DNA of 63,851 nt from a virus (taxonomy: Duplodnaviria > Heunggongvirae > Uroviricota > Caudoviricetes). This document shows positions 28,174 to 40,005 of the stretch, piece by piece. Numbering within the stretch: the stretch's first letter is position 1; the number at the start of each line of letters is the position of its first letter. A program made the position numbers and the translations under genes. Under the pieces are notes generated by a model. The model had not been told where the DNA came from. It searched no databases and saw only the letters and a list, made by a program, of their open reading frames with translations. The stretch spans positions 1-63,851 of the IMG/VR virus record IMGVR_UViG_3300028805_000039; one strand, written 5' to 3'.

Positions 28174-29707
28174 ATATACAGATACACCTAGTATAGTTTA
28201 GGTAATTGGTTGTGTTTATAAAACACCATAGTTATTAGATTATTCAGATAAATATTCTATTACAGATGAAGATTTTCCAGATTAGTTTCATAAAATAATT
28301 TTTGGGACAATTTATAAATTATATTAGTTAGGATCAGAAAAAATTACAATAAGCAATATTTTAGATTATTTAGCATCAAGGCCAAAAAGTGAAGCTATTT
28401 TTATTAAACAAAAAGGTGAAGAATGGCTTATTAAAGCAGAAGAAAATGCTTAGACAGCGTCATTTGATTATTATTATAATCGTATGAAAAAAATGACTTT
28501 ATTACGAGCTTTTGATAATGTTGGATTTGATGTTAGCGATATTTATGATCCAGATAATATTATTGATACTAAAAAACGTCAATAGCAAGAAGATTTATTA
28601 GATAATTCATCATTAGAATAGATCGCACAAAAAATTCAAGATAAAATTGATAGCATTAAAGCTACATACGTAAACGGTTCTTGGGGTGAAGCATTTCAAG
28701 CTGGTGAAGGAATTTTTGATTTATTAACAAGATTAAAAGAAAGTCCAGATGTTGGTGTACCGCTTTATGGACCATTAATTAATACTATAACTAGAGGAGC
28801 CAGACTTCGTAAATTTTATTTAAGAAGTGCTGCTACTGGTACAGGTAAAACTCGTAGTATGATTGCTGATGCATGTTATATTGGGTGTAATCGCATATAT
28901 GATGATATTTTTGGATGGATAAAAAATGGAGTTGCTGAGCCAACTTTATTTATTGCTACAGAACAAGATTTAGAAGAAGTTCAAACTATGATGTTAGCCT
29001 TTATTTCTAATGTAGATGAAGAACATATTATAAATCATACCTACGACGGAGATGAAGAAGAACGAGTTTTAGAAGCAGGGCAAATCATTTCAAATAGTCC
29101 AATTTATGTTGAAATTCTTCCAGATTTTTCCTTATAGGATGTTGAAGATAAGATAAAGAAAAATATTCGAGATCATGATATAAAATATGTATTTCATGAT
29201 TATATTCATACTAGTCTTAAAATTCTTGAAGAAATTAATAGACGAGCAGGTGGAATACGTTTAAGAGAAGATAATATTTTATTTATGTTATCAGCTAGAC
29301 TAAAAGATATCTGTAATAAATATGGTATTTTTATTATGTCTGCAACACAATTAAATGGCGCATATGTAGATAGTGATTCACCAGATCAAAATTTATTACG
29401 AGGATCAAAAGCTATCGCTGATAAAATTGACTGGGGTAGTATTTTATTAACTGTTACTAAAGAAGATATTGACAATTTACAACAAATATTAACAAATAAT
29501 ACTTTTGATAAACCAAATTTAAAATTATCTATTTATAAAAATAGACGTGGAAGATATAAAGATATTTACTTATGGTGTAAAGCAAACTTAGGCACATGTA
29601 GAATAAAACCTATGTTTGCTACTACATATAATTATGAAATAATATAGATTGATAATTTAAAAATTATGACAACAGAGCCGAGCGCTTTTGATAATGAAGG
29701 AGATTAA
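28163..29707 (+). CDS. dnaB: replicative DNA helicase (DnaB-like), 12 TAG codons
   Basis: DnaB-like N-terminus, Walker A RSAATGTGKT and a RecA-like core. Continuous over track ORFs 28859-29137 and 29285-29647 with TAG=Gln. Confidence 0.7.
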
Positions 29708-29709
29708 AT

Positions 29710-29928
29710 ATGTTTAAAATAACAAATATTGAAAATAAAAGCGGAACAGTGTGGTCAAAACCTTCTTATGGCGAAATTGAGTATGAAATGCCAAAAGAAT
29801 TAGCTAAACAAATTTTAGCTACACGAAAAGGAACAGATCAAAATATGCACCCACAGGAATTTCTTAAAAAGGTAGTTAATGAAGAGTTTGGCTTGAAAGG
29901 ATATTGTACTCATGTAATCACGATATGA
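29710..29928 (+). CDS. hypothetical protein
   Basis: 72-aa ORF. Confidence 0.4.
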   Translation: MFKITNIENKSGTVWSKPSYGEIEYEMPKELAKQILATRKGTDQNMHPQEFLKKVVNEEFGLKGYCTHVITI

Positions 29929-31022
29929 AAACTTATAATAAAAAAGAAGTCCGTGAGAAGCTCGGTATTGAACAAATACACGAGCTTCTTGTTGAATGGG
30001 GTGGAGAACCAGAATATTCTAGTTTTGGACTAATAGCAGCTACTATATGTCATAATCCACCAGGAGAAGGAAGTCGTAAATTATATTATTATAGTAATAC
30101 AGATTTATTCCAGTGTTATACTGGGTGCGGCAGTTTTGATATTTTTCAATTAGTAGTAAAAGTTGCTAAAATTCAATGGGATAAAGAATATGACTTAAAT
30201 GACGCCGTTCGATATATAGCTATTAGATTTGGATTAGCTGGAGAAGTAGAGTTAGAAGATGATGATAGTTTAATTGATTGGAAAACATTTAATAATTATG
30301 ATAGGATACAAAGTTTAGAGATTAAAGATTATCATACTATTTTAAAAGAATACGATGTAAATATTTTAAAAAATTTAAATTATAAAGTGGAATTAACTCC
30401 ATGGCTAAATGAAGGCATCACTAAAGAAAGCATGACGCGAGCAATAATTGGCTTCTTCCCACCAACAGCTCAAATAACAATTCCGCATTTTGACATTAAT
30501 AATAGATTTGTAGGATTGCGCGGACGTTTTTTATGCCAACCTGATATAGATGCTTATGGAAAATATCGCCCAATGATGATTAATAAAAAACAATATAACC
30601 ATCCTCTTGGTATGAATTTATATAATTTAAATAATTCACAAAAAAATATTAGATTAATAAAAAAAGCAATAGTATTTGAGGGAGAGAAAAGTTGTTTAAA
30701 ATATTCATCTTATTTTGGAATCGACAATGATATTTCAGTAGCTTGTTGTGGTTCTAATATATCTGCTTATCAAATTTAGTTATTATTAGATTGTGGAGTA
30801 GAAGAAATTATTATCGCTTTTGATAGACAATTTCAAGTGATTGATGATGAAGAATTTAAACACTTAACTGGAAATTTAACTAAAATTAATGAAAGATATA
30901 AAAATTATGTAGATATATCTTTTATTTTTGATAAGAAAATGATTACTGGATATAAAGATGCTCCAATTGATAAAGGACCGGAGGTTTTTATGGAGTTATT
31001 GAGAAAAAGAATAAAATTATAA
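29904..31022 (+). CDS. dnaG: DNA primase (DnaG-like zinc finger + TOPRIM), one TAG
   Basis: Zn finger CHNPPGEGSRKLYYYSNTDLFQCYTGCG and TOPRIM motifs (VFEGEKS, IIAFDRQ). Joins track ORF 30837-31022. Confidence 0.7.
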
Positions 31023-31252
31023 TTTGTCCTAATTGTGGTAATGAATGCTTTTATTTATATGATGAATGGGGCCGTACCCCATGGCATTTACATTGTGATA
31101 CATGTAAAATTAATATTGGTGGAGATAATTTTTAGTTCTGCGAAGTTCTATTAAAAGATTATCACCAACCTAATACGTATTTAGAATATTATAATAAAAA
31201 AATTCATTATTTATAGATTGATAAAAAAGAAATTCTCCCTTGGGAGGACTAA
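31019..31252 (+). CDS. zinc-ribbon protein with no canonical start codon (two TAG codons)
   Basis: Clear CPNCGNEC...CDTCK ribbon in the -1 frame relative to the primase 3' end. No ATG/GTG/TTG lies between the upstream stop and the ribbon; the A5 run at 31004-31008 is a possible slip site. Confidence 0.3.
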
Positions 31253-31253
31253 T

Positions 31254-31541
31254 ATGGTAGGAATAATTTTTTATAAAAATTAGGCAAATGGTAAATGGCA
31301 ATTTAAAAAAATAATTGAAAATTATAAACAACTGAATATAAAAGTAGTTAAAATAAAAACTGATGAAGTAGAATTTGAAAATGGAGATTTGTGGTACGCA
31401 ATTCCATTTTCTCTTAGTATAGTAGGTAGAAGATGTAATATAGCTTATGTTGAATGGAGTATAAGCAAGCAAGAGATTTATACTATAATTGAACCAATGC
31501 TAACTTTAAAACCATATACTGCTATACATATATTTTATTAA
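31254..31541 (+). CDS. hypothetical protein (one TAG)
   Basis: GGGAGG RBS, 95 aa. Confidence 0.5.
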
Positions 31542-31561
31542 AAAAGAAATGAAGTGACATT

Positions 31562-33277
31562 TTGGAGTATAAATTAATAGCAAAATAGAAAAATAATACA
31601 ACTTTATTAGAACAGATTTTATATAATAGAGGATTTACTGATAGAGATGACATATTACATTATTTATCAGTTGATGAAACTGATTTATTAAATCCATTAT
31701 TATTAGACAATATGAAAGAAGGAGCTGCACTTTTAGCTAAACATATTTCTATGAATAATGATGCTATTCTAATCATTGATGCTGATTGTGATGGTTATTG
31801 CTCAGGAGCAATTTTTCTGAATTATTTCAACAGATTATTTCCAGCTTGGGTACAGAATCATGTCTATTACAAGACTCATGAAGGAAAATAGCATGGATTA
31901 AATGATTAGGATATTAGTGAATATATAGAAAAAAATATTAAATTAGTTATTGTGCCTGATGCAGCAAGCAATGATATTGCTTAGCATTACCAATTATCTT
32001 CTCATGGTATTGATTGTTTAATTTTAGATCATCATGAAGCGGATCAAGGATATTCCCAATGGGCTACAGTTATTAATAATTAGCTATCAACTAATTATGA
32101 AAATAAATCCTTATGTGGAGCTGGAGTTGTTTATAAATTTATTTGTTATTTTGATACAATAATGGGAACTAATTATGCTATTGATTATGAAGATTTGACC
32201 GCCCTAGCAGAAATTGGAGATATGATGAGTTTAAAAACATATGAAACTCATTTTATCGTTAAAGATGGCTTGCAAAGAATTAAAAATCCATTTTTTGTTG
32301 AAATGATGAATAGACAAAAATTTCAATTTGAAGGTGGTATAACCCCTATTGGAATTGCGTTTTATATTGTTCCATACATAAATGCTATGACAAGATCTGG
32401 AACCATGGAAGAGAAAATTTTAATCTTTGAGGCGATGCTAGAATGGCGTAGTAATGAAATGATTCCTTCTACTAAAAGAGGATGTAAAGGGCAAATTGAA
32501 ACTCGTCATGAACAAGCTGGACGCACTTGCGTTAATGTAAAAAGTCGATAGAAACGATTGCAAGATGCTAGTTTAGAAAATATTGAAGCTCGTATTAATG
32601 ATGAAAATTTATTAAATAATAAAATTTTAATTGTTAGAGTTCCAGAAGAAGAAGTTGATAAAAATTTAGCAGGATTAATTGCAAATTAGCTTGCTTCTAA
32701 ATATGCACGACCTACTCTTATCTTACGTACTATTGAAGACGAAGAAGGAAATATTGTTTATTCTGGTTCTGGACGTAATTATGGAAAGTCTCGCTTAGAT
32801 GATTTTAGAGAATTTTGTAATAATACTCATTTAATAAATTTTGCTCAGGGACATGCTAGTGCTTTTGGAATTTCTATTAAAGATAAATATTTTGATCAAT
32901 TTGTAAAAAATACTAATGATAAATTGGCTAATTTTGATTTTTCTCCTTGTTATTTAGTCGATTTAGAGGTAACAGTAGATCAATTAAATGATAATGAAGT
33001 TTTTGCTATTGGTTCAAATGCTGATATTTGGGGACAGGAAATGGACGAACCTTTAATTGCTATTACTGGTATTCATATTAATAAAGATAGTATTCAATAT
33101 ATGGGATCTAATAAAGACACATTAAAATTAACATTCCCTGGAAGAAAAACTAGTATGATAAAATTTCATGTTAAAGAAGAGGATAAAATGTTATTAGATC
33201 CAGGAGAAGGAACATTAGAATTAGTAGCTATTGGCAAGTGCGCTTTAAATCATTATAATGGGAATGTAACTCCATAG
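31562..33277 (+). CDS. recJ: RecJ-like DHH/DHHA1 single-strand DNA exonuclease (11 TAG codons)
   Basis: DHH motifs (IIDADCDGYCSGAIF, LDHHEADQ) and DHHA1 (AQGHASAFG). TTG start is probable. Continuous over track ORFs 32162-32551 and 32924-33277 with TAG=Gln. Confidence 0.65.
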
Positions 33278-33404
33278 ATCTTATTAGAAGATTTTGAAAT
33301 AATAAGAAGGACACAATGGGATTTTTAAATCTCCTCGCGACGAAAACAACTGGCAAAACCGTATTCCAAAATTAAAAATTGTTTTGGAAATTTTTAGAGT
33401 AAAT

Positions 33405-33470
33405 AGCGGTTACCAAAATTTTCCAGTAAAATTAATAAGATGGAAAATTTTGGTAACCGCTATTTCTATT
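33405..33470. terminator. large hairpin (24-bp perfect stem AAATAGCGGTTACCAAAATTTTCC, 17-nt loop)
   Basis: Perfect long inverted repeat directly upstream of a TTGACA promoter. It shares the AATAGCGG core with the 2773 terminator. Confidence 0.6.
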
Positions 33471-33499
33471 TGACAATATTAAATTATTATGATAAAATA
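33471..33499 (+). promoter_or_regulatory. sigma70-like promoter TTGACA-N17-TAAAAT
   Basis: Consensus hexamers. Confidence 0.5.
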
Positions 33500-33620
33500 T
33501 ATATGAGAAAATAATAAGGTGATGAAAATATGGTAAATAATATAAAATTTGCTTTAACATTTGATGCTACAAAAACCATAAATTAGATTTTAGCAATATT
33601 AAGAGAGTTGAGAAAAAATA

Positions 33621-33947
33621 ATGATAAATAATGATTATAAAAAAGCAATAGAAATAACAGAACAATTATTAGATATGATACAAATAGATAATTGGCTTTT
33701 ACCTAGTTATCATGAAAAAGATATTCACGATATTATGTAGGATATTGAAGATAGTATAGAAATTATTAGAGATGTATATGAAATAAAAAATTTTATGGAT
33801 GAACATAATGATGTTTTTGAAGGAATAATTTTTAATTGGATGGGCGCCGATGAATTTTTACAATATTGTAAAAAACGTTACCCTCAAATTAAATGGCGTA
33901 CAGAAATTATTGAGCGAACTTATATTGTAAGCATAGGAGAGGACTGA
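33621..33947 (+). CDS. hypothetical protein (two TAG codons)
   Basis: 108 aa. ATG 33621; ends at TGA 33945-33947 just before the helicase ATG. Confidence 0.4.
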
Positions 33948-33949
33948 CA

Positions 33950-35236
33950 ATGGGTGATTTACTTACATTTTATTCTTCTGGAAATTCAATTACTCTTACA
34001 GCGAAACAAGAAGCAGCATTAAAATTAGCAGTTTCTCGATATGAGTTAGGAATGCCATATACTGTTATCGCTGGTTACGCAGGATCGGGAAAATCTACTC
34101 TTGTTAAATTTATTATTGCTGCTTTAAATATTCCTGATGAAAAAGTAGCTTATGTAGCTTATACAGGCAAAGCTGCTAATGTTCTTAAAAATAAAGGTTG
34201 TCCAAATGCAACTACTGCTCACAAATTACTTTATCATGCTCGTCAAACTAAAAGTGGAAATTATGTCTTTACTCCAAAATCTACTCTTGATGAACCATAT
34301 GAATTAATTGTTGTAGATGAAGTATCTATGCTACCGCAAGAATTATGGTATCAATTACTTTCTCATGGGGTATATGTATTAGCAATGGGTGATCCTGGAC
34401 AGTTATCTCCTCCATCTGGCGAAACTAATCCAGCATTAGAAAAACCACATATTTTCTTGGATGAAATTATGAGACAAGCTCAAGAAAGTGCAATTATTAG
34501 GCTTTCTATGGATATTAGAGAAGGAAAAGATTTTCGTAATTTTCCAACAGTTAGTGGAGAGGTTCGTATAATTCCTCATAAATGGCAATTTGAAGATGAA
34601 AATGAAACATTGCTTCAAGCAAGTCAAATTTTATGTGGTACTAACGCTCAACGATATGATCTCAATGATAGAGTCCGCAAGATGTTGGGTCGAGGGCCAA
34701 TGCCAGAACCAGAAGATAAAATTATTGGTTTAAAAAATCATTGGGATGACATTAGCAACCAAGGAAATGCATTAACAAACGGGGCTATTGGTTCTATTAC
34801 CCCGCATAAACATTTTATTCAAGAGTATCCTAAAATAGCAAAGTTTAAAGATTATCAAGATACTGATATATTATTTGCTGATTTTATTACAGATGATGGA
34901 GACACTTTCGTAAATTTACCTATGGATTATTTATGTCTTAGTAAAAATGTTCCAGCCCTTACCGGAGCGCAAGAATATTAGTTAGGTGGATATAATAGAG
35001 CAGTAGATAAAAGAATAGAAGAATATGGAAGATCCTCTACTCCTAGATTAATTATTCCATATGCTTTTAATTATGGATATGCTATTACAACTTGGAAGTC
35101 ACAAGGTAGTGAATATCCATATGTTTTAGCATATGATTGTGGCTGGTTATATAAGAAAGATAAAGAAGAATATATTAAATATCTTTATACAGCAGTAACA
35201 CGAGCAGAAAAAGCAGTAATTTTAGTAGGAGATTAA
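33950..35236 (+). CDS. SF1 DNA helicase (Dda/RecD-like), one TAG
   Basis: Walker A GYAGSGKST, Walker B VVDEVSML, motif VI TTWKSQGSEYPYV. Extends track ORF 33950-34981 to TAA 35234-35236. Confidence 0.75.
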
Positions 35237-35237
35237 A

Positions 35238-35417
35238 ATGGAAATTGATATAAATCAAGAAATATTAGATGAAGTAAATATATTATTACATAATGGATTA
35301 GTTTAGCTTTTAAATGATACTGGAATAAGTTTTCCGGCATTGGCATTTATAACACAAAGTATAGTATCTGCCGTTGATGAAGCACAAGAAAAACTTGACG
35401 AAGAAGAAAAAAAGTGA
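35238..35417 (+). CDS. small acidic hypothetical protein (one TAG)
   Basis: 59 aa, ends at TGA 35415-35417. Confidence 0.4.
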
Positions 35418-35455
35418 TATAATATAATAAATAAATAATAAAAGGAGTTTTTAGT

Positions 35456-38400
35456 TTGATAGATACATTTTTTGATGTTCATGCACATACAGAATATTCA
35501 AATATAAGATTAATTGACTGTATCAATCATCCAAAAGACTTAATCAATAGAGCGATTGAAGTAGGGCTTAGTGGATGCAGTATAACTGACCACGAAGCTC
35601 TATGTTCGCATATGATTGTTAATAAGTATGCTAAAGAGATAAAAGAAAAGTATCCTGACTTTACAATCGCATTGGGCAATGAAATTTATCTTACAGATAC
35701 GAGAAATAAAGGACAAAAATATTATCACTTTATCTTATTAGCAAAGGATAGATTAGGATATAAAGGTCTTTGTGAATTAAGCTCAACTGCTTGGTATAAT
35801 ATTTATGTAGATAGACGGCTTGAAAGAGTACCAACCTTAAAAAGTGAACTGAAAGAAATTATGCAAAAATATAAGGGTCATATAATAGCCACTACTGCTT
35901 GCATGGGTGGAGAATTATCTACAAATTTATATGGATTTGCAATAGCAAAACAAGAAAATGATACTGAATATATGAATTTATATTATAATAATGCTATTCA
36001 GTTTATTCAATTTTGTATAGATACTTTTGGAAAAAATGATTTTTATATTGAATGCGCCCCTAGTCCTAAACCAGACCAAGTAATAGTTAATAGAGAATTA
36101 TTAAAAATTGCTAAAGAAAATGATTTAAAAATGGTTATTGGTACAGATGCTCATTATCTTAAAAAAGAAGACAGATATGTTCATAAATCATATTTAAATT
36201 CAAAGCAAGAAGAGCGTGAGGTTGATGATTTTTATGAATATACTTATATGCAATCTCCAGAAGAAGTAAGAGAGCATTTAAGAATTTCAATGAGTGATCG
36301 AGATATTGATTGGATATTTGAAAATTCATTAGAAGTTAAAGAGAAAATAGATTTTTATAGTTTAGAAAAACATCAACATATTCCAGAGGTAAGAGTCAAA
36401 GGTTATAGTAAAGATTGCTGGAAATATATCCATATTGATTTAAATAAATATCCAATTTTAAAACAATTATTTATAAGTGATAATATTCAAGAACGATATT
36501 GGGTTAATGAATGTATTAATGCTTTAATTTTAAAAGGATTAATAGATGACGAAAGGTATTTGAATAGACTTGAAGAAGAGGCACGAGTAAAAAGAGTTAT
36601 TGGTGAAAAACTTCAAACATGCATGTTTGCTTATCCAAATACTTTATAGCATTATATTGATTTATTTTGGGAGTGTGGTAGCACTGTTGGTGCAGGCCGT
36701 GGTTCAGCGTGCTCGGGTTTAAATCATTATCTTTTAGGAGTTACATAGCTTGATCCTATTGAATGGAATTTACCATTTTGGCGTTATCTTAATGATGAAC
36801 GAGTAGAGCTTGGTGATATTGATATTGATCTTGCCCCAAGTAAATTACCTAAAATATTTGAAGCTATTAGAAAAGAACGTGGAGAATTAGGTATAGTACA
36901 AGTTTGTACTTTTGGTACAGAAGCAACTAAATCTGCAGTTTTAACCGCATGTCGTGGTTATAGGAGTGAAGAATATCCAGATGGAATAGATGTTGATGAT
37001 GCTCAATATATTTCATCATTAGTCCCACAAGAGCGAGGATTTTTATGGGATCTTCATGATATGATTGAAGGAAATCCTGATAAAGGTAGATTGCCGCAAA
37101 AACAGTTTATTAATACAGTAAATCAATATCCTGGTCTTTTAGACATTATGAAAGGTATTGAAGGACTAGTGTCTCGTCGAGGAATTCATGCTTCTGGTGT
37201 TATTTTATTTGATGAAGATATATTTAGTGAAGCAGCTATTATGCGAGCAAGAAATGGAAATTTAACGACTCAATGGGATTTACATGATCAAGAATCCGCT
37301 GGTAGTGTTAAGTATGACTTTCTTTTAACCGCAGTTCAAGATATTATTATTGAAACAATAGATTTACTTCAAGCAGATGAAGTAATAGATCCATCTTTGT
37401 CTTTAAGACAAGTATATAATAAATATTTACATCCAAACGTAATCCCTCAACATGATCCAAAAATGTGGGATGCTTTAGCAAAAGGTAGCGTGCTAGGAGT
37501 ATTCCAGTTTGAAGGTTCTGTTGGAGCACAAGCAGCTAAAAAAATTAAACCACAAAATCCATTGGAAATGGCTGATGCAAATGGATTAATGCGACTTATG
37601 GCAAGCGAACCAGGGGCAGAAATGCCACTTGATAAATATGTCCGTTATAAAAATGATATTAATCAGTGGTATATGGAAATGAATAGATGTGGATTAACAA
37701 AAGAAGAGCAAAAAGCAATTGAACCACATTTTAAATCTTCATATGGTGTCCCACCAAGTCAAGAGTAGTTAATGCGAATGTTAATGGATGAAAATATTTG
37801 CGGTTTTACATTAGCAGAAGCAAATGCGGCTCGTAAAATTGTCGGTAAAAAACAAATGTCTAAAATTCCTGGATTAAAAGAGAAAGTATTAACATCTGCA
37901 AAATCTCCAAAATTAGGTGCTTATATTTGGAAGTATGGGGCCGGCCCATAGATGGGTTATTCATTCTCGATTATTCATGCTTTGGCTTATTCATTTATTG
38001 GTATGCAAACCTTATATCTTGGAGTTTATTATCCAGTATATTGGAATACCGCATATCTGATCGTTAATAGTGGAGCATTAGGCGGCGATGAAGATGATGA
38101 TGGCGATAAACAAGATGGGACAGATTATAAAAAAATCGCAAAAGCAATTGGACAAATTAGAGCGGCTGGTATTCAAGTAAGTTTAGCAGATATTAATCGT
38201 TCTGAATTTGGATTTGTCCCAGATCCAGAAAATAATCAAATTCTTTTTGGAATGAAAGGTATGTTAAATGTTGGTGATGATATTATTGAAGAAATTATTT
38301 CACATCGACCTTATGTATCTCCAAGAGATTTTATTAATAAAGTAAAACCAAATAAACAAGTTATGATTTCTTTAATCAAAGGTGGCGCTTTTGATAATTT

Positions 38401-39352
38401 AATGGATCGAAAAGAATGTATGGCTTGGTATTTATGGGAAATATGTGATAAAAAGAAAAAAGTAAATCTTCAAAATATGGCTGGATTAATGAAATATAAA
38501 TTAATTCCAGAAGATACAGATGAAAAAATTATGGCTCGTAGAATTTATGAATTTAATAGATATTTAAAAGCAATTACAATTCCTGCCAATAAATTAAAGC
38601 CATATTTTGTTTTAAACGAACGAGCAATAAATTTTTTATTTGATATAGATAAAGAAGATTTAATTTGTCAAAATGGAAATTGGTATTGTATATTAAAAGC
38701 AGATTGGGAAAAAATTTATCAAAAGTATATGGACGTATTTCGTCAATGGATTTCAGAGCACCATGATGAAATATTAGATAGTTTTAATAAATTAATCTTT
38801 TTAGATGAATGGAATAAATATGCAAAAGGAACAATTTCAGCATGGGAAATGGAAGCATTATGTTTTTATTATCATGAACATGAATTAGCGCATATAGACA
38901 ATTATCGTTATGGCTTTGCAAATTTTTATGATTTACCTTCAGAGCCTGAAATTGATAGAAGTTTTACAAAAGCAGGAAAAACAATAAATTTATATAAATT
39001 GTATAAAATTTGTGGCACATGCATTGCTAAAAATAAAACAAAAAGCACTGTAACAATTTTAACAACAGATGGAGTTGTTGATGTAAAATTTAGAAAAGAA
39101 TATTTTGCTTTATTTGATAAATAGATTTCAGCAAAAGGTGATGACGGTAAAAAGCATATCGTAGAGCGCAGTTGGTTTAATCGCGGTTCAATGATTATTG
39201 TTCAAGGGATAAGAATGGAAGATATGTTTGTTGCAAAAAAATATGCTTCTTCTGGCGGTCATTAGCTATATAAAATTGATGAAGTAAATTATGATACAAT
39301 AAAAATTAGAACAACAAGAGCACAAGGAGATGAAGAAGAGGATAATGGATAA
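35456..39352 (+). CDS. dnaE: DNA polymerase III alpha subunit (DnaE-type, PHP domain), 1298 aa, 7 TAG codons
   Basis: N-terminal PHP motif FFDVHAHTEYS...ITDHEAL. One frame is continuous across track ORFs 35456-36649, 37061-37768 and 37952-39124, and on to TAA 39350-39352, when TAG is read as Gln. Confidence 0.75.
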
Positions 39353-39926
39353 TACATATACAATTATTGCGCTTATGGGAAAAGCTGGTTCTGGAAAAGA
39401 TACTATAATGCGGGCACTTTTAAAATAGCCCGCATTTAAAGATGCTGTCCCTATTATTAGTTGTACAACTCGTCCAATAAGAGATAATGAGAAAGACGGA
39501 ATAGATTATCATTTTTTAACAAAAGAATAGTTTACAAATAAAATTCTTTCTGGAGAAATGTTAGAAGCAACTGTCTTTAATGATTGGTGTTATGGGACTT
39601 CATTAGATAATCTTGCGCCAAATAAAGTAAATATTGGTGTATTTAATCCAGAAGGAGTAGGATTATTACGTGATAGATCTAATATTAATTTAAAATTAAT
39701 TTATATTGAAGCAAGAGATAAAGATAGATTAATGCGTTAGTTAAATCGAGAAAAAGATCCTGATATACATGAAATTATCCGTAGATATTCTGCTGATGAA
39801 ATGGATTTTTCGGAGGAAGAAATTCAATATCTTGAACCAGATTGTTTTATTACAAATAATGATGGTGGCAGTGTAAATTAGATTGCGGCAGCTATCGCTA
39901 GAGCATGGAGTAATGGTCAATTATAA
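39345..39926 (+). CDS. gmk: guanylate kinase-like nucleoside monophosphate kinase (five TAG codons)
   Basis: P-loop GKAGSGKDT and the GMP-kinase signature SCTTRPIRDNEKDGIDYHF. GAGG RBS; overlaps the dnaE stop. Confidence 0.7.
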
Positions 39927-40005
39927 TTAAAGAAATAAAAAGAAAAAGCTAAATATAGTGATAAACGAAAATTTTATACTATATTTAGTGGAGGAATATA
40001 TAGAT

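Noticed and set aside
33310-33369. 19-aa ORF MGFLNLLATKTTGKTVFQN with an AAGGA RBS, considered as a leader peptide.
   Set aside because: It is too short to support. It sits before a large hairpin and could be regulatory, but there is no evidence beyond the RBS.
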